From positions 1-51,982 of the forward strand of contig JBBQAL010000005.1 in assembly GCA_038316135.1 (NCBI GenBank): a stretch of 51,982 bases of DNA, read 5' to 3'. Origin of the DNA: Candidatus Nanopelagicales bacterium. GTDB taxonomy: Bacteria; Actinomycetota; Actinomycetes; JAHEKZ01. Both the position numbers and the translations under genes were made by a program. Shown here one piece after another: positions 17,082-26,471 of this stretch; position 1 is the first letter of the stretch; each line of letters starts with the position of its first letter. The notes beneath the pieces were generated by a model that was given only the letters and a program-made list of their open reading frames with translations, did not search any database and was not told the origin of the DNA.

Positions 17082-17726
17082 TCAGAGCGCGAGTCCACCG
17101 ACCATCATCGCGGCCACGATGACGCCGAGTCCGACCCAGAGAACGATGTCGGTTCCTCCGCGCACCAGCCAGCCGGCGCCATCGAGGAACCGGTTGCCGG
17201 TCAAATAGCCGAGGCGTTCCCCGATCCGCCACCAAGAAAGATTGATCAGCAGCACCATGGTTCCGATCACCAGGCAGTAAAGGCAGACCGAACCAATCAC
17301 AAAGGCTGTCTGCGCCAGGAACCACACCGTGAACGCCGCCATGAAACCGGCGAAGAAGGTGGCGGCACCCCATGCTGCCTTCGCGAGGGCCGAGCCCAGC
17401 AGACCCGCGCCAGCGACACCGAGTGTCAGCGCGAAGACGCTGAGGCCGATGGCCGCGTTCGGAATCGGGCCGAAGACGCTCGACTGCCAAGAAGTCAGGA
17501 CGTTGCCACAGGCGAACGTACCGTTGATGTCACACAGCAGGTTGGCGTTGGCATTCTGCGCCAGTGCCACTCGTTCAACGATCTGGGTGATGGTTGCCGC
17601 CATGCCGACAACCGCTGTGACCGCGACGAGGGCGAACCATCCGCGCGGTGGCCAGGAGGCGGCACTCACACCCTCGTCAGGTACCGGTACTGCTGAGCTG
17701 TTCGGTGTAGCCACCACATCGGTCAT
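17082..17726 (-). CDS. Vitamin K epoxide reductase (VKOR) family disulfide-formation protein
   Basis: CDINGTFACGNVLTSWQS..FG.PN and CLYC redox motif; five TM segments. Confidence 0.9.
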   Translation of the reverse strand: MTDVVATPNSSAVPVPDEGVSAASWPPRGWFALVAVTAVVGMAATITQIVERVALAQNANANLLCDINGTFACGNVLTSWQSSVFGPIPNAAIGLSVFALTLGVAGAGLLGSALAKAAWGAATFFAGFMAAFTVWFLAQTAFVIGSVCLYCLVIGTMVLLINLSWWRIGERLGYLTGNRFLDGAGWLVRGGTDIVLWVGLGVIVAAMMVGGLAL

Positions 17727-17793
17727 GCTCCGATGATCGACGCTGGCCGGCTGTGGGCCTACGGGCGAAGGTCCCGACCTAGCCGTACCGCAC

Positions 17794-18273
17794 CTAAGCC
17801 TTCCCAACCTCGCGAGTGAAGGTCACCAGGTTGGCGATGACGCCGACCAGGCAGCCGATCAGTCCGACTGCGAGCATGACCTGGACAAGCATCGTCCAGT
17901 CGAAAGAGTAAGCGCTGAAATCGAAGGGGAAGACGCGAAGCGTGACGACGGTCACGAAGAAGGAGACCGCGGCGGTCACCGTGTCGCCCAGCGCCCGCAG
18001 CCAACGGGGGTCAGCAATCAGGTAGATGGCGTTGACCACGATCGAAATCACCAGTGCTGCATTCAGGATCGGGATCACCGTCTCGGTTTCATCGGTGAGG
18101 AAGGGGACCGAACTCCAACCGGGCCACTCATTGATTAAGAAGATGAATGCGACGTTGAGGGCAATGGCGATGGCGTAGCCGAATCGGCGCATACCGGCCG
18201 ATTGCCTGCGCTTTGGCGTGGCTTGTTCTGCTCGCTCTGGCGTCATGACATTCGTAGCTGTTGTTGTCGTCAT
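17794..18273 (-). CDS. Hypothetical 4-TM membrane protein, last gene of agu operon
   Basis: GGAGG RBS; start 21 nt after aguA stop; four hydrophobic segments; FPFDFS motif. Confidence 0.75.
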   Translation of the reverse strand: MTTTTATNVMTPERAEQATPKRRQSAGMRRFGYAIAIALNVAFIFLINEWPGWSSVPFLTDETETVIPILNAALVISIVVNAIYLIADPRWLRALGDTVTAAVSFFVTVVTLRVFPFDFSAYSFDWTMLVQVMLAVGLIGCLVGVIANLVTFTREVGKA

Positions 18274-18294
18274 GGTGCACCTCCAGGGCGCTCG

Positions 18295-19401
18295 TTACAG
18301 CGTGTGCCCGCCGAACGGCTCCTGCTGCGTGATGCAGTGGACGTTGCCGCCGCCGAGCAGAATCTCTCGCCCCGGGACTGTGACAATGCGGCTCTCGGGG
18401 AAGAGCTGGCCATAGGTCTTGATGGCGGCCTCGTCATGCGGGTCATCGAAGACCGGCAGAACGACGATTCCGTTGGCGTAGTACGAGTTCACGTAAGAGC
18501 CGGCCAACCGCTCACCCGCGACCCTGGGTTGCACCCCAGGCACGTGGTCGACGCCCATGGCCTCCGCATCGGTGATGAAGACCGGGCCGGGCTGGTGAAC
18601 CAAGGTGATCTCGAGCTCACGACCACGAGCGTCTTTGACCTCGCGCAAGATCGCCAGCGCCTCGCTGCTGATCTCGAACTGCGGGTCCGACTCGTCGTCG
18701 GTCCAAGTCAACATCACCTGACCAGGGCGCACGAAGCGGGCGAAGTTGTCGACGTGACCGTTGGTCTCATCCAGGTAGACGCCACGCGGGAGCCAAATCA
18801 CCCTTTCGACATTGAGGTACTCGCGCAGGTGCCACTCGATCTGTTCCCGGGACAACTCCGGGTTGCGATTTCCGTGCAGCAGGCACTCTTCAGTGGTGAG
18901 GACGGTGCCCTGCCCGTCGACGTCGATCGATCCACCCTCGAGGACAAAGTCCGGCGCGTACCTTTGGTCTCGTTCGAGGTCGAGAACCTTCTCACCCACT
19001 AGATCATCGGCATCCCAGGGGAAGTAGAGGCCCATCTCGAGGCCGCCCCAGGCGTTGAACTTCCAGTCGACGCCGCGTACCCGCCCTGCCTCGTTCACGA
19101 GGAACGTTGGGCCGCAGTCGCGGATCCACGAGTCGTTGGACGACATCTCGACGAGGCGTACTGAGTCCGAAAGGCACTCCCGCGCATTGACGTACTGCCC
19201 CGCGGACACACACACGGTCACCGGCTCGGCGGCGGCGATGGTCTCGGCAACGTGAGCGATGGCCGCTTGCGCGGGCTTGGCACCGTTACGCCAGTTGTCG
19301 CTACGTTCGGGCCAGATCAGCCACGTTCCGCGGTGCGGTTCCCACTCTGCGGGCATCCGATAGCCGTCAGAGCGTGGCGTGCTGATCAGCGGGGCAGACA
19401 T
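18295..19401 (-). CDS. aguA: Agmatine deiminase
   Basis: [59 protein letters not shown]. Confidence 0.97.
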   Translation of the reverse strand: MSAPLISTPRSDGYRMPAEWEPHRGTWLIWPERSDNWRNGAKPAQAAIAHVAETIAAAEPVTVCVSAGQYVNARECLSDSVRLVEMSSNDSWIRDCGPTFLVNEAGRVRGVDWKFNAWGGLEMGLYFPWDADDLVGEKVLDLERDQRYAPDFVLEGGSIDVDGQGTVLTTEECLLHGNRNPELSREQIEWHLREYLNVERVIWLPRGVYLDETNGHVDNFARFVRPGQVMLTWTDDESDPQFEISSEALAILREVKDARGRELEITLVHQPGPVFITDAEAMGVDHVPGVQPRVAGERLAGSYVNSYYANGIVVLPVFDDPHDEAAIKTYGQLFPESRIVTVPGREILLGGGNVHCITQQEPFGGHTL

Positions 19402-19409
19402 TGTTCCTC

Positions 19410-20987
19410 CTACCGGTTCGCGTCGACTGGTTCCTCGACGGTGACGCCGTCGTGAAGAGTTGCTGCATCGTCCGGAGCGATTCCCTCCAGTGCCACATCA
19501 GCGGTCGCTTCGGGATGCTCGAACTCAGTTGCCGACCGAGACTCAGTTGCCGCCTCGGCACGTCGGCGCCATCGCGGCGCAAACAGCGCGAGGACCACGC
19601 CCAACACCAGGACGAGGGCCACGCCAGCGCCTACCTGCATGACGTAGTTCTGGTACGCCACTCGCGTCAGGGATGCACCTGGCCACCACATGAAGAACAC
19701 GATGGCTGCGGAAATGAACCCAAAGACCAGGGTCGAGGTGATCCAAGCTCCGACCATTCCGCCCGGTACCCGGTAGGGACGCGGTGCTTCCGGATCGCTG
19801 TAGCGAAGCTTCAGGAACGCTGCAGCCATCACCAGGTACGAGAGCAGGAAAACCAGGGTGCTGAAGGCGAAGAGGTTCCAGAAGAGCGTTTCGATCTTGG
19901 GACTCGTGCTGACTTGCATCACAAGTCCGTAGCCCAGCGTGAAGAACGTTCCGACCAGGGCGGTGGCCGTTGCGGCCCCGACCGGGGTACGGAAGCGCTT
20001 GCTGGTGTGGCCAAGAACCGGTGGCAGGTCGCCACGCCTGGCAGCTTCAGCTGCGGCTCGGTTGGCTCCGATCGTCCAAGGAACGAGGGCTGCAAAGAAG
20101 CAGTACAGGGCCCCGATGCTGATCGCGACCACCACGGCGCCGGCGATGCCGGAGGAGCCGATGCCGGACTCCAGCACACGGAAGAGACCGTTGGTCCGGT
20201 TGAAGCCGTCAGTCGGAAGCAGGAAGAGCATGCCGACGATGGCGACGAGGTAGAAGACTGCGATGAGGACGCCGGCCGTGAAGATGGACCTTGGCACGTC
20301 CTTCTTCGGATCTTGCATCTCTTCGCTCGCCGAGCTCATCAGCTCGAACCCGAGGAAGTTGTAGACCACCACGCCCAGCAGCACCATGCTGCCCCAGCTC
20401 GGGAGCATGTCGGTAGACGTCCACTGCGTCGCCGAACCGTCAGTCATGACGTGCACCAAGCCCGCGACCCCGATCAGCAGCATGATCGCGACGGTGATGA
20501 TCGCCGCGATGTTGGTAACCCACTTGCTGGTGTCCAACGTGATCACGTTGATGGCGAAGTTGAGCCAAATCAGACCAACGGCCATGCCGACGGTCCACCA
20601 GAATCCAACGGTGAAGTCGAACGTCTGACCGAGCAGGGTGGCGAACATCAGGTAAACCGATGGCAGCCAGATGCCCACGTTGATCCAGTACCACCAGGAC
20701 ACCTGGGTACCCCAGAAGCCACCGAAGGCACGCTTGACCCACGAGTAGATACCGCCGGTGTCGGCGTACGTCGAGCCGAGCTCAGCTGTCATCAGGCCGT
20801 AGGGGACGAAGAAGAAGACCAGGAGGACTGCCGTCCAGAACAGGATGGCCGGACCCTCTTTGGCAGTGATTGGCACCTGCGTAAGAAGCATGATCGCCGC
20901 GACGCTGAACAGGATCATGTCGAATCGGCGGAGAGCGCCGAGCGGTTTGGTCTTGCGCGCCGGGGCGGATGCAGTTGTGGTCGTCAT
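19410..20987 (-). CDS. aguD: APC-family permease, probable agmatine/putrescine antiporter
   Basis: About 12 TMs; AELGSTY..TGGIY.WV, FLGFEL..SA.EEM..PK..VP; lies between aguB and aguA. Confidence 0.85.
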   Translation of the reverse strand: MTTTTASAPARKTKPLGALRRFDMILFSVAAIMLLTQVPITAKEGPAILFWTAVLLVFFFVPYGLMTAELGSTYADTGGIYSWVKRAFGGFWGTQVSWWYWINVGIWLPSVYLMFATLLGQTFDFTVGFWWTVGMAVGLIWLNFAINVITLDTSKWVTNIAAIITVAIMLLIGVAGLVHVMTDGSATQWTSTDMLPSWGSMVLLGVVVYNFLGFELMSSASEEMQDPKKDVPRSIFTAGVLIAVFYLVAIVGMLFLLPTDGFNRTNGLFRVLESGIGSSGIAGAVVVAISIGALYCFFAALVPWTIGANRAAAEAARRGDLPPVLGHTSKRFRTPVGAATATALVGTFFTLGYGLVMQVSTSPKIETLFWNLFAFSTLVFLLSYLVMAAAFLKLRYSDPEAPRPYRVPGGMVGAWITSTLVFGFISAAIVFFMWWPGASLTRVAYQNYVMQVGAGVALVLVLGVVLALFAPRWRRRAEAATESRSATEFEHPEATADVALEGIAPDDAATLHDGVTVEEPVDANR

Positions 20988-21018
20988 CGTGACCTCCTTC
21001 GAGGTCGCTCGTGGTGCG

Positions 21019-22053
21019 CTAGCTCGTCGATACCTCGGCGAGATAGTCCTGCACCTTGGCTTCGTGGTGTGCCCTGACCGCTGGCGTCGCCCGCTCGATG
21101 CGCGGGTAGACGTACCAGGCCAACAGGCCCTTCTCGGTGTGCAGCCGGTTCTCCGACTGGTCGTAGACGATTGACCGCGGTCCGTCCATGACAGCGTCAG
21201 TGACCTCGACGCCCCTGGAGGCCGGAAGGCAGTGCATGAACTTCACCTGCGCCGGCGCTCGGGCCAGCAACTTTGGTGTCACTTGGTAGCGCGGCATGAA
21301 CGCGGCTGTCCGATCAGGGATCTCGGCCTCTTGACCGAACCACCACCAGAGATCGGTGTAGACGAAGTCAGCGTCACGCACAGCGTCCTCGACCTCAATC
21401 GTCGAGAGATACCTCCCGCCATAGAGGGACTCGTTCTGCTTCACCTCGTCGATCACTTGGGGCCATTGCCGTTCGATGCTGTAAGCCTCTGGCCTGGCGT
21501 GGATGAACGTGCCGCCGAGCATGGTCACGATCAGCGCGGTGGAGGTGCAGACGTTCGTCGCGTCTCCGATGAAGACGACGGTGAGGTCTTTGAAAGCTTT
21601 CTCCGGCATCTTGTGCTCGCCCATGGTGAACACGTCGCACAGCGCCTGCGTGGGGTGGTTGTAGTCAGTCAGTCCGTTGATCACCGGGACGGTTGCGTAC
21701 TTGGCGAACCCCATCACAGTCTCATGGTGAAATGCCCGGATCTCGACGACATCCACCATCCGCGACAGAACGCGCGCCGTGTCTGCGATGTTCTCCTTCT
21801 GGCCGAGGTGAATCTCCCCAGGCTTGAGGTACAACGCGTGTCCGCCGAGCTTGGTCATTGCGACCTCGAACGACACCCGAGTGCGGGTCGAGGCTTCCTC
21901 GAAGATCATTCCCAGGCTCGCGTCCCGCAACAACTCGGGGCAGGCGCGGCGCCGGTCGGCGTCCTTCAGCAGACGCACCAGATGCATCTGGCGGCGCAGG
22001 GTGTCGGGTCCGATGTCCTGCGTGTCGAGGTAGTGGATGGCAGGTGATGTCAT
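21019..22053 (-). CDS. aguB: Putrescine carbamoyltransferase
   Basis: STRTRVSF, DYNHPTQ, GDATNVC, HCLPA, extra C-terminal helix; lacks the OTC SMG loop; next to aguA. Confidence 0.88.
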   Translation of the reverse strand: MTSPAIHYLDTQDIGPDTLRRQMHLVRLLKDADRRRACPELLRDASLGMIFEEASTRTRVSFEVAMTKLGGHALYLKPGEIHLGQKENIADTARVLSRMVDVVEIRAFHHETVMGFAKYATVPVINGLTDYNHPTQALCDVFTMGEHKMPEKAFKDLTVVFIGDATNVCTSTALIVTMLGGTFIHARPEAYSIERQWPQVIDEVKQNESLYGGRYLSTIEVEDAVRDADFVYTDLWWWFGQEAEIPDRTAAFMPRYQVTPKLLARAPAQVKFMHCLPASRGVEVTDAVMDGPRSIVYDQSENRLHTEKGLLAWYVYPRIERATPAVRAHHEAKVQDYLAEVSTS

Positions 22054-22110
22054 GGCGACCAACCTTCTGTCGCTCTCATGAAACGCCCATCGCTAGGTGG
22101 GCAACAGCGG

Positions 22111-22485
22111 CTAAAGTCCCCCGTTCTCAGTCTGGGCGTCGAGAGTCCGACGGCGCCACGGCACGACGCCCTCCATCTCGATGTCAAGGGAGATCGACAA
22201 CACGCTTCGAATGATCACAATGACGCCTAGGACCAAGACGTTCTCCATTGTCGGCTCAACCGTGAGCGTTCGGGTCAGATCAGCCGCAATCAAGATTTCC
22301 AGCGAAAGCAGCAGGGCCCGCCCGAAGGTGTTGCGAAAGATGACGACGGTCTGGCTCGGTTTGTCCCCGCGAATGAGCGACCGGACGGCAGCCACTACCG
22401 CAAGGACGAGCCCGCCGATCAGCACGGACACTCCGACCAGGTCGAAGAAGGTCGTGACGTTTTCGAAGAACTCCTGTGTGCTCAT
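22111..22485 (-). CDS. DUF1622 membrane protein
   Basis: FGRALLLSLEILIAADL..T...PT..V..LG.IV.IR..LS..L..E.EG..PW. Confidence 0.88.
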   Translation of the reverse strand: MSTQEFFENVTTFFDLVGVSVLIGGLVLAVVAAVRSLIRGDKPSQTVVIFRNTFGRALLLSLEILIAADLTRTLTVEPTMENVLVLGVIVIIRSVLSISLDIEMEGVVPWRRRTLDAQTENGGL

Positions 22486-22983
22486 GGCCAGACATCATGC
22501 CGTCGAGCGACTCCGGCGAGGGTCAATCCGGTCACGATGAGCAGGAGCCCAATCTCGCCGAGACCAGGTCCTGTGTCGCCGGTCGCCGGAAGGCGACTTG
22601 CAGTTACCGTGCACACCGACGACGAAGGACCCGGTGACCCTGCCGGTAATCGGGTTCAGGTGGAGCGTCGACAGGTGTCCACCGCTCACAAGCAGTTCGC
22701 AGGCTCCCCCGACAGGTCCGCAAGCTGGGAAGTCGCGGTACCTGCCGATCTGCGACTTCGAGCCCCGTGCGTCTCGCCACTGCTTGAGGTCCTCAGCGTC
22801 TACGAAGCCGGAGAACGTGACCCGAGTGCCAGGGCTAGCAGTTGCCGGCTGGAACGTAAGGCAAGGAGATTGCCCATCGATTCGCTGGCAGTCGTCGGCA
22901 CGAGCGGCCGAGCTGACGCCGACCGACCCCACGAGCAGCACCCCGACCACCAGGACTCGGAAACCCCAACCAGCTGCTCTCAT
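22482..22983 (-). pseudogene. Frameshifted or internally deleted LPXTG cell-wall-anchored protein
   Basis: Signal peptide and Cys-containing domain in one frame; +1 frame encodes TVTASR-LPATG-TM-RR ending at TGA 22482 in ATGA overlap with DUF1622. Confidence 0.7.
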
Positions 22984-23082
22984 GGCCGGACGGTACTCCG
23001 CAGCCAGTCGCTCGCCAAGGATCCGTGACCAGCCTGATCCGAGGCAGGCGACCGCGTCGACCCACCTTCTCTGATGCCGGAA

Positions 23083-23754
23083 CTACAGGACGTTCACGGC
23101 CCGGGCGACCACCAGAAGGAGGATTGTCAAAGACAGCGCCGACTCAGCCATCATCCACAGCTTTGACCACTGCCGGATGGCAGAGACATCAGTCGGGCTA
23201 AACGCGGTCGAGGTGTTGAAGGACAGGGCCAGGTAGTCAACGAACTGTGGGTACCAGCCGGAATCCAGCAGTGCCGGAATGTCTTCCTCGGGGAACTTAA
23301 ACGCTGCACGGGTCGTCGTCCAGCGCGCCGCCCGGGCGGCTGGACCGCCGGCATCGAGATGCCAAAACCACAACGCGAAGGCGATGACGTTCGTCGTCCA
23401 GACAATCGCGCCGATGGTCAGCAACTCAGCTGGCGCCGAGAACTCGGCTCCAGTGAGGAGGCCGACAACCAGCCGGGCGGCCGAACCGGCGCTCAGCAGG
23501 GTGATGGTTCCAATCATCACTCCGGTCACGACTCGCAGCCAGCGGTTCTCTCGGTCGATCCGGCCTGGGTCGCCCCACACCAACAGTCCGAGCAGGATGA
23601 ACAGGAAGATCGGAAAGACCACCTGGCTGGCCGGAAGTATCCGGAAGTCCTCGGGAATCCGGAGTACGAGGAAGCCGACCGTGATGACCGCCAACGCCAT
23701 GGGTAGACGTCGCTCGCCGCGGCGAGGTTCGCCGGTGCCTGGTGTTGGAGTCAC
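23083..23754 (-). CDS. DUF1345-like membrane protein
   Basis: FALWFW.LD.GGP, F.FP, PQFVDYL.LSF..STAFSPTD, LVVARAVNVL; leaderless TAGAGT-N6-GTG. Confidence 0.82.
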   Translation of the reverse strand: MTPTPGTGEPRRGERRLPMALAVITVGFLVLRIPEDFRILPASQVVFPIFLFILLGLLVWGDPGRIDRENRWLRVVTGVMIGTITLLSAGSAARLVVGLLTGAEFSAPAELLTIGAIVWTTNVIAFALWFWHLDAGGPAARAARWTTTRAAFKFPEEDIPALLDSGWYPQFVDYLALSFNTSTAFSPTDVSAIRQWSKLWMMAESALSLTILLLVVARAVNVL

Positions 23755-23782
23755 CGCACGACTCTAGGGACAAAAAGGTCGG

Positions 23783-23869
23783 TGGTGCGCGAGGGGGGAC
23801 TTGAACCCCCAAGCCCTTGCGGACACACGGACCTGAACCGTGCGCGTCTGCCAATTCCGCCACTCGCGC
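23783..23869 (-). tRNA. tRNA-Leu(CAG)
   Basis: GCGCGAG acceptor stem, GGCGGAATTGGCAGACGC D-arm, TTCAGGT anticodon loop, long variable arm, GGTTCAAGTCC, encoded CCA. Confidence 0.97.
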
Positions 23870-24050
23870 GTGCCCCGTCAGGGCCCCGAAAGGCTACCAC
23901 CGGGGCTCGGCTCTCCCGAATCGCCGCAGATGGCTGGCTGATGGCCCCGACCTGCGCCGATACGATCAAGGAGCCTCCGGCGAGTTCCAGCTGGAGGATC
24001 GGCCGTCGTCCCCAGAGGTCACGACGCTTGGCCACGAACTTGGAGGTGCG

Positions 24051-24725
24051 GTGGGCATCCTCGACCGCTTCGAGCGACGCCTCGATCGACTGGTCAACGG
24101 CGCTTTCGCACGGGCTTTCAAGTCCGAAGTTCAGCCGGTCGAGATCGCGAGCGCGCTGCAGCGTGAGTGCGACGATCGAGCAGCCATCGTCGCTCGTGAC
24201 CGCACGATCGTTCCCAATGCCTTCACCGTGGACCTCGCGCCAAGCGACTTCGATCGGCTCACCGTCTACCGCGACGCGCTGTCCCGCGAGCTCTCCGATG
24301 TCGTGCGCGAGCACGCCGGAGAACAGGGGTACGCCTTTGTCGGTCCCCTCACCGTCGACATCAAGCAGGACGACGACCTCGAGACCGGGCTCTTCCGCGT
24401 CCTCGGCGAGGCAGCACCTGGCGAGATCCCGGTCGACCGGCATCTACCCCGAGCATGGCTCGACGTAGCGGGACAACAAGTGCCATTGACCCAAGATGTG
24501 AGCATCATCGGACGCGGCAGCGAGGCAGACGTCCAGATCACTGACCCAGGTGCCTCTCGGCGGCACGCGATGCTGCGCCTGCGCCCATCACCCAGCGTGG
24601 TCGACCTCGGCTCGACCAACGGGACTCTGGTCGACGACGTCCGGGCCGAACAGTCCGACCTCAAGGATGGCTCGATCATCACCCTGGGCGGCACCCGCAT
24701 TGTCTTCCGTACCCAGGGAGGGTGA
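24051..24725 (+). CDS. fhaA: FhaA (DUF3662 + FHA domain)
   Basis: GGAGG RBS, GTG; GILDRFERRL...AFARAFKSEVQPVEIA; IGR..SRRHA..DLGSTNGT FHA motifs. Confidence 0.93.
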   Translation: MGILDRFERRLDRLVNGAFARAFKSEVQPVEIASALQRECDDRAAIVARDRTIVPNAFTVDLAPSDFDRLTVYRDALSRELSDVVREHAGEQGYAFVGPLTVDIKQDDDLETGLFRVLGEAAPGEIPVDRHLPRAWLDVAGQQVPLTQDVSIIGRGSEADVQITDPGASRRHAMLRLRPSPSVVDLGSTNGTLVDDVRAEQSDLKDGSIITLGGTRIVFRTQGG

Positions 24726-25210
24726 TGTCCGAGCTCACGCTTACCGTCCTGAGGCTTGGCTTCCTGGTGCTGCTCTGGACCTTCGTTCTCACACTGGCCG
24801 GGGTGATGCGGTCCGACCTCTTCGGCCCCCGCGTGACGCGCAGCCGGGCGCCCAAGCCGGCCGGACGTCCCGCGTCCGCCCCGAGCAAGCCAGCCAAGGC
24901 GAAGAGCGGGCGCAAGGGAACCGCTCGGGCTCTTACGGTCCTCGAGGGATCCCTCGCCGGGACCTCGATCAACTTGGGAACCACCCCGATCACGATCGGA
25001 CGGTCTGCTGACTGCACCGTCGTCATCGACGATGACTACGCGTCCAACCACCACGCTCGCATCTCCCCGCATGAGTCTGGCTGGATCATCGAGGATCTCG
25101 GCTCGACCAACGGAACCTATGTACAGCGCACTCGCGTCACGGGTGCGATGACGGTGCCGATTGGCACACCAATCCGGATCGGCAAGACCGTGATGGAACT
25201 TCGCAAGTGA
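24725..25210 (+). CDS. fhaB: FhaB/FipA FHA-domain protein
   Basis: N-terminal TM, IGRS...DDYAS.HHARI...EDLGSTNGT. Confidence 0.93.
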   Translation: MSELTLTVLRLGFLVLLWTFVLTLAGVMRSDLFGPRVTRSRAPKPAGRPASAPSKPAKAKSGRKGTARALTVLEGSLAGTSINLGTTPITIGRSADCTVVIDDDYASNHHARISPHESGWIIEDLGSTNGTYVQRTRVTGAMTVPIGTPIRIGKTVMELRK

Positions 25211-25226
25211 CCAGGTTTGGCGCGCT

Positions 25227-26471
25227 ATGGCGTTGACCCTGCGCTACGCCGCCCGTTCCGACGTCGGACTCCTTCGCGACGGGAACGAGGACAGCGGGTA
25301 TGCCAGCTCGCACCTGCTGGTCGTGGCTGACGGCATGGGTGGTGCCGCGGCTGGTGAGGTCGCAAGCTCGGTCGCGGTTGCCGCGCTTGCCTCCCTCGAT
25401 GAGGACGAGCCGACCGGAGACTTGCTCGAGGTGTTCGCCGAAGCCGTCCGGCGCATCGAGGACCAGCTGGCTGGATTGGTTGACGCCGAACCGCGCCTGC
25501 GCGGCATGGGTACCACTCTCACCGCCGTCGTACGTGCCCAAGGCCGCTTGGGCCTGGTGCACGTTGGTGACTCACGTGGCTACCTCATGCGACAGGGATC
25601 GCTGGAACGGATCACCCGTGACCACACGCTCGTCCAGTCGCTGATCGACGCCGGACGCCTCTCAGAGCACGAAGCCGCCACCCACCCGCAGCGCAACGTG
25701 CTCACCCGGGTCCTTGACGGAACCCATCCCACTGAGGCCGACCTGTCGATCCGCGAGATCAAGGTCGGCGACCGCCTCTTGCTGTGCAGCGACGGCCTGT
25801 CCGGGGTTGTCTCCGCAGACACGATCGCCGCCACTCTCTTGGCGAACGATGATCCTCAACACGCTGTCGACGAGCTCGTCGATCTGGCACTCCGCGCCGG
25901 TGGTCCCGACAACATCACCTGTGTCGTCGGAGACGTGGTCGACGACCAGAGCGCACCGGACACCGGCGACGCCTTCGTCGTCGGAGCAGTCGGCGTGCAG
26001 CGAAACTCCCGCCGCCTGCGGCTCCCTGACACTCCGGCCGGTCGAGCGGCCCAACTCGCTCGTTCCGAGGAGGACGACGAGGTCGCACCGAGCAGGCGCT
26101 CGCGGCGCCGTCTCTTGGCGATTACTGCCGTTGGCATGCTGCTGCTCGGTCTCTTGGTCGGTTCGGTGGTCGGTTGGTACACCTGGTCACAGGGCCAGTA
26201 CTTCGTCGCCTCCACCCCCGGGACGACGGGCGACGTTGTCGCAGTCTTCCGCGGTCCCACCGACCCTTTGTTCGGGGTCGACCTGTCCCGTCTGGTCGAG
26301 ACCTCGACCGTCGGTGTCGGCGAACTGCCTGAGTTCGAGCAAGAACAGGTCACCGGCGCCATCGTCGCCCAGAACCTCCAAGATGCCCGCGACATCGTGC
26401 AGCGGCTGGCCGATGAGGCGCAGCGCTGCGTTGACAAGAATCCGCCGGCTGGCTGCCCGGCGACGCCATGA
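25227..26471 (+). CDS. pstP: PP2C-family Ser/Thr phosphatase
   Basis: SDVGL.R..NED, VADGMGG, HVGDSR, LCSDGL, GGPDNIT; TM and extracellular tail. Confidence 0.95.
   Translation: MALTLRYAARSDVGLLRDGNEDSGYASSHLLVVADGMGGAAAGEVASSVAVAALASLDEDEPTGDLLEVFAEAVRRIEDQLAGLVDAEPRLRGMGTTLTAVVRAQGRLGLVHVGDSRGYLMRQGSLERITRDHTLVQSLIDAGRLSEHEAATHPQRNVLTRVLDGTHPTEADLSIREIKVGDRLLLCSDGLSGVVSADTIAATLLANDDPQHAVDELVDLALRAGGPDNITCVVGDVVDDQSAPDTGDAFVVGAVGVQRNSRRLRLPDTPAGRAAQLARSEEDDEVAPSRRSRRRLLAITAVGMLLLGLLVGSVVGWYTWSQGQYFVASTPGTTGDVVAVFRGPTDPLFGVDLSRLVETSTVGVGELPEFEQEQVTGAIVAQNLQDARDIVQRLADEAQRCVDKNPPAGCPATP

Noticed and set aside
17000-23783. Integrative element at tRNA-Leu (also considered at tRNA-Ala)
   Set aside because: No integrase or transposase, no duplicated tRNA 3' end found, no obvious GC shift; only a variable region can be claimed
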